Below are positions 40,799-53,027 of a DNA stretch of 64,000 nucleotides, piece after piece (the first letter of the stretch is position 1; every line of letters starts with the position of its first letter). Below the pieces are notes generated by a model. That model had not been told where the DNA came from and did not search any database. It worked only from the letters and a program-made list of their open reading frames with translations. Location: positions 10,540,001 to 10,604,000 of the forward strand of contig CM022667.1 of NCBI GenBank assembly GCA_012295275.1. Direction: 5' to 3'. The stretch is from Chrysomallon squamiferum (taxonomy: Eukaryota; Animalia; Mollusca). The position numbers and the translations under genes are program-made.

Positions 40799-41111
40799 CT
40801 CATACTGATTTATATATAACAAAAATTTTGTTTTAATTTAATATTATTTAAATGGAAATTAATAAATGTTTTTTTTTTTTAGCAATCTTCATTATTAGCA
40901 AAGGTTTATAAACAGAAACAAACAACAGTAAAACATTAATGTGATTTTTTAACAATAAACTTTGTTATTAGCAAAGACTAATGTCTTACAAAATTAAAAC
41001 AATAACACAAAATTGTATAAAAATGTTTTTTCTCACAGCTATCATCATATCAACACTCATTCGTTAGAGCTCAGTAACAGTTTAAACACTTGAAAATTTG
41101 TTTTTCTTTCA

Positions 41112-41158
<47 letters not shown>

Positions 41159-41714
41159 TATATATAAAATAAAAAGTAAGGTCCATAAAAATTAATAACA
41201 ACACACAGAAATATAACAAAATGTAACAGTGAGATATGAAAGTGCAAAATACTGATGTGAATAATAAAAAACTTGATACTACATTAATATCACAAGCACT
41301 AATTTATAATATTTATTAATAGCTAACTGTTGGCTCTATTATTATATACATATATATATATATATATATAAAACAAAAATCTAATAATACTTTAGAAATA
41401 ACCTTTTAAATTTTATAACCAACAAAAAATGTAAACATATCTCATTAATTTTGCATTCTCATGCATTCATTTCTTTTTTTCTTTCACTCTCCATCTTACT
41501 TTCTTTAACTCTTCATTTTTTTTCTTCATTCTTTTTCTACCTTGATCTTTGACTTACTTTATCTCATACTCCCCCTTTATCTTTTTGTTGCACAGACATA
41601 TATACATATATAAGGAACAAATAAAAGAAAAAAAAAAAAAAGATTAAAATAGAAAAACTGGAATTTACATTCAAGTCCCACATCATCTATTAAAAAGATT
41701 TACAGCACACAGTG

Positions 41715-41745
<31 letters not shown>

Positions 41746-43203
41746 ATAACCAGTTAAAAAAAAAAAAAATAATAATAATCATAATAAAAAATAAAAAAAT
41801 AATAATAATAAAAAAAAAAATAATAATAATAATAATATTAACAATAATAAAAAGAAGTTTAAGTCAGGAAGGTTCTATGTACACTATAGTAACAAATTGC
41901 ACATCACAATTTGATTTATGAAAACAAGTACCTGACCCGTAAGTAATAGACTTCAAAATAAGAAGAAAATGTTAGTCGTTAGCATCACATAAATCAGTAG
42001 CATTAAGAACAACATGTGCCTAATTTGTTCCTGCTAAACTGTTCTTGAATTTGTTTCACAAGGGCACCTGAATTTGTGGAGATGAACACTACAAAATAGT
42101 AAAAGATTTTCCATATTAATTAGCCTACTTAAACTTGGGTTTGTCTATCTAATTTGATGAATTCCTTTGTAAACCTTTAACCTTTTAAGGTCTACTTTGG
42201 TAGTAAAAACAAACAGCCTACACACACACTATGTATATTTCTACATAATTTTTGTTTAATGAAACCTAATGTGCAGAGGAGCTGCCAATCTCTCTATGTT
42301 GAAGAAATTTGTCAACAAATATATAAAAATCAACCTTTCTTAATAATAAAGTGCAAGAATTTAACCAGTCTAACAGAAGATGCAGTGATTCTGCCTTTCT
42401 TCTGCTCTTTGTTACGTCAGTTTGTAACAGAAATAGAAAAATTACTTTGGTGATATTTTGTTAATAAAGATTATGAACCAGTTTCAACATATTTTGAAGT
42501 CCAAAATGATTAAGGCAAGAAGAACATCTACTGAATAATTTTATTACAAAAAAAAAAAAAAAAAAAAAAAAAAAAGATAAAATATACAAAAAAAAATAAT
42601 ACTGAGAAACTGTTTTTTTAATTTGTGTAGCCTAACCAATAATTTTTAACAACTTGGAATAGCTCCACTTTACTTAACATGATATGAGACATTTCATCAT
42701 CATATTCTAAGTGGAGCCATTCCATATGACATGATCTGCATGTACTAAAAATAAAGTTATATTTTTTCTCTGCTGGAGGCCAGAAATAGGTTGAGCATAA
42801 ACTATCATGAAAAAGCAACAACATAAGGGGCCCTTATGAGGAGTTGTTTTGGCAGATACTTGTTATCAGTAAAAAATAAACGATAAAATAACAAATATGA
42901 GTAAAAATTTGCTGCTGATGGACAGCAGTTTATGCACTAGGGCCCTGAGTATGATAACAAGATTCAAAATATGATAGGAAACAGTCCCATAATTCAAGTG
43001 TTAACATATAAACTGAATGTTAGTACAACACGATTACGTAAGTGCATGTGTGTGTGTGTGTGTGTGTGCGTGCACATATAAATACAAGCTTATTAAATGT
43101 TTACATAAATATTTCCAAACACACAGCTAGCACTATATTCATAAATTATCACAATATTCTAAAACTTCCAAAAAAAAAAAAAAAAAAATAAATAAATAAA
43201 TAA

Positions 43204-43263
<60 letters not shown>

Positions 43264-43640
43264 AATAAATAAATATATTTAAAAAAATCGTTTTATATAT
43301 ATATAATTTCCAAATGCTGTGTATGTTAAATTGTTACCATAAGAAAGAATCAATCCACTTGAGCTTTTTCTGAAGGGATGAGGGTAAAAAAAAGAAAAAA
43401 ATACATACGTATATTTAAATAAATATATATTTCTGCGTCTCGCAAAAATAATGAGAACACACGATTTCTTGGGAAAACTACCACGATTATACAAATCAAT
43501 ATAACAACACATATAATCCTGAAAGAACGTATACGAAATCCTTCTAAATCACAAATATATAATAATAATAATTATTATTATTTTTCCTTACGTTTCTAGG
43601 TTAAAAGCTTAACACACTCACAGCCCCATTAATATTATAT

Positions 43641-44915
43641 TTATAGGAAATGAATCCATGAATTTCCTGTTTCCAACGGGATGGTTTTTCCAAAGCATTC
43701 GAACACATAATTGCTTCCTCCGTTGTTATCCCAGTACACCGTATCTCCAGCCGTGTAGGAAATGGCAAATTCAAGTTTCGACCCCACCCCAAATTCCGCT
43801 GGGGCCACAATACTGAAGGAGAATCGATCCGTCGGTCCGTCGCACGAGTTTTGAACGTAGGACGCAGCTATATCGATGAACGAACTCCAGGAATTGGTGG
43901 TATATCGGACTCGTACGAACTTGTGGAAGTTGATGTTGGCCACTCTGACAATTCCGGTGATAGTCAAGTTTGATATCACAGAGTTTTCCAGACACACTCT
44001 CTGAGACAGGACCTTCTGCCTGAAGTCCATAGCGCAGCCTGGCTGAGCGAAACAAGCGGCAAGAAATCGAGTTCCCATAGCATGTCGATCCTCACCTAGT
44101 CCCACCTGTAGGTCCGCCATTGCGGAGGCGGGAATTCTCGGCGGGGTGTCGATGTTGACGATGTTTCTTACAGATTCCAAATCCAGACCCATGGCGTCTG
44201 CGAATCGTACCACTTTCTTTCTGCTCGGCGTTCCTGGCGGAGTTTTGTACGTTTTCAACGACGAAGATTTTCTAAGTTCAGCTTTGGAAAAGTTGAACTC
44301 GCGGTCTTCGTAATCGATCGGGCTGGTTGATGAAACGAATTTCAAAAAAGCTTCTTCTGTTTCACTGTCGATAACGGTTTTTTTGGTGTCAGTGATTTTT
44401 ATTTTTAGAGCCGGTTTCTCGTTTAAGTCGGCTTTGGCTAGTGACATTACAGCCTCTTCCAGAGACGCTCTCCTTCCTTCCGCCGAACATGGAGAATCAA
44501 AATCGCCATCGGGACTGTAGACGGAGTCGACCGATGCGTCGTCTTTGATAGTTACATGTTCCAAAGCTTCTACAAATTCTTCGTCTTCATCGTCGTCGAC
44601 CATGTTGACGAAAACTCCTTCTTCGCTCATTGCATCGGAATCGGGGGTTTCCAACACGAATTTAGAACGCTTCGGTTTCAAGTTTTCCGGTTGAAAAGAT
44701 GCTCCGTTTTCAATATCGAGGTTTTCTACTTTTCGAGCCATTTCCCGACATCTATTTATAATAATTTCCTGTCTTTGAAGTCTCTCCTCTCTCTGCTGAT
44801 TGAAGAGAAATCGGGAGCTGACACTGAATTCCCCGATCTGACTTTCTTGTACATACGACAAATTTCTTGGCAGTGTTAACGATGTATCCACTTCATCGGT
44901 CGATTCACTGATCAT
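43641..44915 (-). CDS. Protein phosphatase 1 glycogen-targeting regulatory subunit (PPP1R3 family / glycogen-binding subunit 76A-like), 424 aa, single coding exon
   Basis: PP1-docking RVxF motif KKVVRFADAMGLDL. C-terminal CBM21 with VCLEN, GIVRVANINFHKFVRVRYTTNSW, DRFSF, LEFAISY and YWDNNGGSNY. Intact ORF with AAAATG start context. Confidence 0.93.
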   Translation of the reverse strand: MISESTDEVDTSLTLPRNLSYVQESQIGEFSVSSRFLFNQQREERLQRQEIIINRCREMARKVENLDIENGASFQPENLKPKRSKFVLETPDSDAMSEEGVFVNMVDDDEDEEFVEALEHVTIKDDASVDSVYSPDGDFDSPCSAEGRRASLEEAVMSLAKADLNEKPALKIKITDTKKTVIDSETEEAFLKFVSSTSPIDYEDREFNFSKAELRKSSSLKTYKTPPGTPSRKKVVRFADAMGLDLESVRNIVNIDTPPRIPASAMADLQVGLGEDRHAMGTRFLAACFAQPGCAMDFRQKVLSQRVCLENSVISNLTITGIVRVANINFHKFVRVRYTTNSWSSFIDIAASYVQNSCDGPTDRFSFSIVAPAEFGVGSKLEFAISYTAGDTVYWDNNGGSNYVFECFGKTIPLETGNSWIHFL

Positions 44916-44994
44916 TTTTATCTTTCCTCAGTGAATGATCATATTCTATTTTGCCACACCATACGCATATCCATTTACACATATTCACGAAACA

Positions 44995-45480
44995 GTTTCA
45001 CGTGCTTAAATGTTTAAATTTCCGTATAATATGACTCACTCGCCGATGCAAGGTAAGCAGTTGATTGCTCTCAAGGTCACTGCAAATCATCAGGAAAAAT
45101 AATATCGCACACGTCGACACACTGCCGACGCACGTGCATAAGTCGTGGTGCCGTCAGTCATCGCTGGATTAATTCCGTAACCAAATTTTGTGTGCCAATA
45201 TCGGTTCACCACCGTCATATCCCCACGACAATGTCAACGAAGGTTGTTACCAGAGAACGGCCGTGGCACCTTTTATAGGTCGCCTTACGTCACAATATAG
45301 AGCAAAAAAACATTCTAAATATAGCCTCGACCCGCCTGCGATGTAAACAAGGCACGTGGATCACTTTGTCTGGAAGTTTCTAACAACGAAAATAAACTGT
45401 TGTGTCGGAACACAAAATTCATTTTAACAAAATACACAACAGTGACCAAAAAGCGACACAAAACGCTCGTAAACAGTACC
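44995..45480 (-). promoter_or_regulatory. Promoter and 5' regulatory region of the PPP1R3 gene: TATA box, CRE-like site, E-boxes, FOXO-type sites, AP-1 site
   Basis: Minus-strand TATAAAAG at 45277-45270; TGACGTAA at 45292-45285; CACGTG at 44999, 45131 and 45353; GTAAACA at 45343 and 45469; TGACTCA at 45032. The region is CpG-rich relative to its flanks. Confidence 0.65.
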
Positions 45481-45562
45481 GCGTTGCATTTTGCAGTGTA
45501 CCAGTCATGCGCAATGTTATGATCAGTACTTAGCACTGACGATACACTGAAATATGTTGCTG

Positions 45563-45593
<31 letters not shown>

Positions 45594-46344
45594 TCAAACA
45601 ACTTTTTATTAAATTTATAAAATAAAAATAATGTAATGTGTATATATGTGTGTATTATGTATGTATGATGTGTGTAAATGAGTATATATTTATGAAAATG
45701 TACGCGTGTGCACACATACATGCATTTTATGAATATATGTGTATAAAATGTGTATATAATCGATAAATAAATTTTAAATATACAGAAGAAAAAATATAAT
45801 TTTTTTATTTTCCTTGCTCTGTCATCATATACATATCACGCGTAGGTGTAAATTGTATTCTCTCTCTCTCTCTCTCTCTTAAAAATGTAAAATAAGCTTT
45901 AATTACTTCCTTTCTACCTTGGCAGAAAATTATTAAATACCAATCATTATTAAATAGATTTTTTTTTTTTTTTTTTTTTTTTTCTCTACATCAGCATAAA
46001 ATTTTATCAGATATTGTATGTCAAACACGTAAAAACTAGTATAAAATAAACTTTAATCCCTACCTCAGTAAAACTTTATGTTGACCATAACAAAATTTTA
46101 CTGACCGTTAGGTGTCAGAGGTAAAGTACAAATATATTTTATTGCCCGAACTCAGCACAAAATTTTATTGATCTTTACATGTTTTCTTCTAGCTGAAAAC
46201 AAAATGTATTTATGCTTACAGCTGTTGTGTTTGGCTGTATATCTATCTGCATGTAAAAATGTCCTGAGTGGACACTGACCACTGGAGAAACTGGGTCAGT
46301 AGATCAGAAACCTGTATTAACCTAAAAAAAAAGAAGCTAAATAA

Positions 46345-46570
46345 CAGTTAAACTGCGGTGACGGTTAAGGCATCAACTTTACAAACGGTAGGAAATGGGA
46401 TCACCTCCTGGTACAGGATTCTCTTTTTTTTTTTAAAATTATTTATGCTATTTTCTGAAGCTCAAACTTAAAACCTATCTGCTTCAACTGTCTCTCAGGC
46501 TAACAGAGTTTATAATATGACCCCACCCTCTCTAGATCTGTCCCAGATACCAGCTCTCAGGACACCTATC
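46345..46570 (+). mobile_element. Possible decayed tRNA-derived SINE
   Basis: A-box-like GGTGACGGTTAAGGCATC followed by GGTAGG..GGGATCACCTCCTGGT (a degenerate B-box position) and a GC-richer tail. Recognised by pattern only. Confidence 0.3.
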
Positions 46571-49500
46571 TTTTTGTTTCACTAAAGCAGTTAAGATAAT
46601 GTCAACTGTAACAATAAAACAATTTATGACATACAACACAACTCTTAGAATTTGACACTTTATTTCAGTACTCAAGACTGTTATGGTTTATAAACATTAA
46701 CAATACTTGTTATTTCTTGCACATTTCATGAGACAATGTTAATCTGACTGATACTGCAGGTATTACTAATCTCTGGAGTCATCTTTTTAATAATCAAAGG
46801 TCTTTTGTATTTTTGTGAATAATGAAATCAGTTTTATTACATAATATACAAATTTAAAAAAATAATAATAATATAAAAATAAATAAAGGATAAAAATATG
46901 TTCCATTTTAAAAAATAACAAGAAAATTTAAATAATTACAGATATAATTACAGCTAAGCACATTTATTGCATATTTTGCAAAATTATACTTACAACAAAC
47001 TGAAATGTTCATATTATCAATATATATATATATATATCCAATATGTGAACTTTAGTTAAAACATTGCTTTATCTTTGAAATGTTTATCAGGCATTAACTT
47101 ACATATTTTTTTTTTTTAGTTAACAAAACTTTAATGAGTATACTGCAAGAGGATTATTTTCAAGAAGAATTTATTTTATTATTTATTTTGTTTTAAATTC
47201 ACATTTTTTTTTTAATGTTAATGAACAAAAACTAAATGCATGAATATCTTATTGGTGATTGAGAAATTATCAACATAAATTTTTAAAATTTTATTTTTAA
47301 ATGAACAAAATCAGCATAAATATCAAAAAAATAAAAAATATATATATATATACACAAAACATTGTTGCGTTTTTAAAGACTGGTTAGCTGACAAGTAAAC
47401 TGTACTTTTTATATATTACTTTCTTCAAATTCTTCGTGGTACACATGACATAATTAAGAGGTTTATGGTCTAACATGGTGACATTGATATTGGTCCAAAA
47501 CACAATGACATGCAGAAGTGAGATCAAAGCAAGATTTTGGCTCATGTAAGGTAATCCTATATTCTGAGCCATTACATTGTGTGTTTGTCTGAGCATATCC
47601 TGCAATTACTGATATATATAAAAAAAAAAAAAAATTTTTTTGGCTCATATCTACTGCTTACATAAGCCTATTATTATTTTTTTTTTTTTTTTTTTTAATT
47701 AGTCTGACACGTAAAGCCTGTGTGCTGTGATTTCCCAATACATAAACCTATCTTTTGATTTCCCAAACCTATTGTTTGATCTTCCAAAACATAAAGTCTA
47801 TATACTCTGATCTCCCAATTTAGCTATGTATATTTGGACACATGCTGTAATTACTGAAATAAAACATAAGTCTACATGCTTTGATCTGCTGACATGATCA
47901 TGTCTGTCTGATTGGACATATCTTGCAATTACTGACACAAAATTCCAGCAGCTCTTAAAAATTTTCAAAAATGTTAATACTGATTTTCAAAAACTTTCTC
48001 CCTTCTGTCACCGTATATGGTTCCTAAACAAGGTCTGGGAGGCAAACAAATTAGGTAGTGAAAACAATGAATACTTAATTTAACTGCCAAAGTGATGGCT
48101 ACATAATTAATAATTTAAATATTACGTTTGTTGGTTATAATTTAATAAAGCTTTGTGCATTAAAGTATACACATGATGTTAGAAATTTAAATACATAAAC
48201 AATAAAATGCATTGACTATAACTTGAAGTGTTAACGTATGAAAAAACATTTTTTTAAAACATATCTGCGAAAACAAAACCATAACCCCAACCTCCAAACC
48301 ACCCACCCACATACACACCTCGAAAAAAAATTATTTACCTAAATTTATATTTAGTTGACAGGCTTCACTGAAGATCATTTATTTAAATTTAAAAGAAATC
48401 TATTTAAGAAGAAAGTTCATTGTGGTAACTGTAGGCAAGTATATCCAGTTTTGACTTGCAGACAATGAAAGCATATTAAATTTTAACTTACAGTGACTGC
48501 AAAGATGACAACAAAAAAGAAATGAAATATGTTCAGTCTTGATTTATGACTTTGAAGATCAATTATACACTGAAAATTTAAAAAGAAATGTACGAAAGGT
48601 TAAGGTCACCTCTTGCAGTCACAAGAGAATGACTGAGTATTTGTGAACACAGTAATGTCATTAATAATAATTACCCAGTTTATGGTGGTTTGGTTGATTG
48701 TCAAGAATAAAAGAGATATTAAATGTTACAAAAATGTACTTAAACTGAACTTCTCCATGTCATCTTGAACTATTGAAAGTACACAATTTTAAACACAATC
48801 ACAAAAAAACTAAAAATTATTTTTTTCACAGATTTATACACTAAAGTTAAATTAAACAACAGAAATTTTGCAGTGGAACATAACAACAGGCCTACATTAA
48901 GACCTCTTTTTCTCAACCTTACAAACAAAATGTATATTTAAATTCATAACCAAAATTACAATATTATGTTGATATTCAAAAGCTAACAGTACAGTTGTTA
49001 AGAAGCATGTAAATTTCTAAACACTTTACTAAACAGAACACAAATATGATTTAAAATTATTCACCGGGTTTCAGTGGTAATATTCTGTTATTACAAATTA
49101 AATTAAAGGTGAGAGAGACATCATCAAATTGCCTGAAAATAATCTAGATCTTGGGCTAAAAGAAAAAGCTATGTTGAAATTAACCAACAACAATGTTTAA
49201 TTTTTTTGGCCTTGCTGATTTGCAAGCATCATCTGTAAAACTATAATTTACATTTAATATTATAAAATTCATTTAAATCAAGCTTTATCAACTTATCTTT
49301 AATTAACTGGATTTCCTATATACAACTACTGATAACAGAATGTGCATTTGGAAAAACCAAAAAGAAAAGAAAAGAACTTTAATGAAAATGCAAACTCAAC
49401 TGTTATGTGTCAAGAAGATAAAATATTTAAAAAAATGTATTTACTTCCTTTTGTACTTAAACATAAAATTATTATCATCAAAGATTAGATGTTAAACAGT

Positions 49501-49781
49501 TTAATTCTATTTAATTATTGGTTGTAAAATGATTTTCTGAGAGTTGAGTGAACAATGACACTGGTAGTAAAATGTGATTATGTTTACTTGGTGACCTTAA
49601 GTTAACAAGCATGTATTTATTGTGTTTCTAAAAATAAAAATATTTACACAATAAAGAACACATGTACTAGAACAATGGCCATAAAGCTGTTAAACCCAGT
49701 TTTTAATTTACAGTAAGTACTCATATTTTATTCTCGTATATTCAGAAACAGACATTTATGTATCACATAAAAATACATTCA

Positions 49782-49821
<40 letters not shown>

Positions 49822-50112
49822 GTGTATGTTGTATGCAGTTTTGTATATATTTCTTTTTAAATTTCTTTTTAAATTTTATTTTAAAAAAGGCCCATCATTT
49901 TTTGTTTTTTTTCTTCTATAAACTTCTTTTTATCTGAGAATTACAACGTCATAGGCAATTTTCAAGACGTTATCAAACAGTGTGGTTACTTGCATTTAAA
50001 TTTAATATATCACAGCTGACAGGCAGTTTTAAACATACACAAAATAAACATACCCTAGAGGACTAAATAAAATGATAAGTGTTTTGTACACGAGGTAACC
50101 ACTCCTGCAATG

Positions 50113-50292
50113 CAGTAGTCCTTAGGGGACCCTGGGAAACCTTCAGGGGATCAAAAAGGTCAAAATTATTTTCATAATATTTTACTAAGATACTGGTTTT
50201 TATCACTGTTTAAACTGTTCAGTGGAGTAGACTGTCATTTATTTTTCTAGAATGTGAAGGATTTGCAAGATGAAAATGTTTTAGAACCACTA
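50113..50292. mobile_element. Possible hAT/Charlie-like MITE remnant
   Basis: Termini CAGTAGTCCTTA and TTAGAACCACTA are imperfect inverted CAGTGGTTCT-type ends. The internal AGGTCAAAATTATTTTCATAATATTTTACTAAGA resembles Charlie-family subterminal sequence. No clear 8-bp TSD. Confidence 0.4.
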
Positions 50293-50728
50293 ATGTAGTT
50301 TCCTTCTAGACAAACATACTGACACACACCCATACACAAAACATTTGTTTTCACAAAACATAATAATACAACAATTAACATAAATAAAGTTATGAAAAAC
50401 AAAATAGGAAAACAAAATGTACAACCTTAAACATCATCATAATTTGATCATTAAGATTCAGTACACAGGTCAAACATTCACAAAGAAAAACAGTTCAGAA
50501 TAATTTAACATAATCGTAATCATTAACATTCAGCAAACACACATTTAATGTGTTCATAAAACAATAAACACATACATGTACTAGCAGTTGTGTAACAAAA
50601 TGCATTAGGTGTCACATTGCTCCCACTTTTCACAGTCATAGGATTTTTTTTTAGAAGATGTTTGATGTTGAACTGAACAAGTGTGAGTATGCATCTGTTA
50701 TCACAGCATTTTTAAATATGTGTATCTA

Positions 50729-50946
50729 TCAGTTTGATGTTTTTTGTTGTGTTTCTATAATTAGCTTTCCTTCTCCATACATCTGTCCTACAACGACCTG
50801 TAAATAAAAAAAAAAAAAACACATTAAAAATGATTTAGTATAAATGAGCAGTATTTTTTTATTTTAAATTAAAGTCAAAAGCAAATATGAAATAAAAAAT
50901 TAATGATAATGATAGTGGTGAATATGACAATAGTAAAAATAGTAGT

Positions 50947-50982
<36 letters not shown>

Positions 50983-51290
50983 AATAATAGAAATTAAAAT
51001 CCTGCAATATTGTAGATCTGTTTTAATACATTATTTTTGTTTCTTATAAAAATGTACCTTCAGTGTGCACAAAAAAATATCCAAAAGAAAATTTAAATAC
51101 ATGCATTTTGAACTGAATTTTTTCTTCTTGCTAAACTCTATTTGTGAACTTTAAATAAACAACTGAACTACTTTTAATAATTCAAAAAAAATCTTTTTAC
51201 TTCTTATTAAAATGTTATTTTAATCCATAAAGACATCTATTTCACTTTCTTGTAACTGTCTGTTTTCCTAGCATCACAGAAATACAAAAA

Positions 51291-51321
<31 letters not shown>

Positions 51322-52774
51322 CAAGCACAAAAGAAAAAGAGTAAAAGAGAAAAGATAAAGAAGACAAAATATGATTCACATGAATTTATTTAAGACACTA
51401 AAATTATTCTTAGTTTATTATTAAAAAAGATGTTACAGATAAACTTAATTCTTTTTTCATATTCTTTATTTATTTGTTTGTTAAATTATTTTTATATATT
51501 TTGTTATTTAATTTTTTTCCAATCTAATTAAAATTCATAGTTTATTAATTACACATGACATAATAAACACAAAATATCCTGTGAAAATAAATGTACAGCT
51601 TTGTATGAGCTGATGGCAGAAAAAAATATATAATAAAAACCCCATCAATGTTGATATAAAGTTATTTTGAAGAAAAAAAAATAAAATAAAATAAAGTAAA
51701 ATAAATAAAAAATAAAAAAATTTGATTGTGTGCTTTGTCATGTGTACCTTACTGGTTTACTGAAAAAAATAAAAAAATAAAAAAATAAAAAATAGCAGCA
51801 AAAGATCTTTTTGAATGATAAAGTTTTCCACTTTACATAATCCCATTAGATAAAGGATGTCATGTTGTAAACAGTGCCTCAGTAATCCAAGCATGACAAA
51901 CTGAGGAATGAATGAGTGAATAAACAAAGGATGAATGAATGAATGAATAAACAAAGGATGAATGAGGGAATAAACAAAAGATGAATGTGAATAAACAAAG
52001 GATGAATGAGTAAATAAACAAGCGAATGAATTAATTTGTGTGTGTGAGAGAGAGAGAGAGTTGAAATCGATAAATTAACAGTAATACTGATTAAATACTG
52101 TCAGAATCACACATGCACTCACTCATGCAGATGCATGCATGCACACACAATATTACATATAAACACCTCACATGTACACAATACAAGTAAAATCTAATTT
52201 AAAATATACATGCATAACAACATATTGTTTGTTATATCATTAAACCTAACATCTATCATAACTGTATCAAATATATTTTAACACAAAAGAATACAACACA
52301 ATCAGTATTTGTTTTAGTACTAAATTAACACGTATTAGTCTCACAAAGCGAACTGATCATTCTTTTTCTTTTTTCATTTAACTTTTTAATTCAGAAGTTA
52401 GTCTATGCATACAAGTAACAAAACATGTTGATCATATTAGCAACTACATTAGTTAAAATGCCCAACAATTTCATCTCTACTGATGGAAATATTCATCCCA
52501 TTTTTCTTGTTGTCTCAGTAAGCAGATCATATTAATTTACTTTAGCTAAATTATTATTACTATTGTTGTTGTTAAGATTACTATTACTTTTGTTATTGTT
52601 TTTATTGCTGTAACTATTTTTATTAATATTGTTGTTTTTGCTGTTGTTGTTATTATTATTACTCCTGCTATTGTTATTCAATTTCTGACAAAAATATAAC
52701 TGTATATGTACGTGTTTGTATGTTTATGTACGTATGTATGTATGTATGTATGTGTATATGTATGTATGTATGTG

Positions 52775-52805
<31 letters not shown>

Positions 52806-52848
52806 GCATGTGTAATTTCTGTATAATTTATAGATATATATTTACACA

Positions 52849-52911
<63 letters not shown>

Positions 52912-52966
52912 GGGTTGTTACTTTCAATTCAGAATTTATTTTATACTGACAAAGCAAATATGCTAG

Positions 52967-53027
<61 letters not shown>

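Noticed and set aside
43771-44879. Overlapping alternative-frame and antisense ORFs (94 aa, 107 aa) in PPP1R3
   Set aside because: Expected shadows of a GC-richer coding sequence; no motifs.
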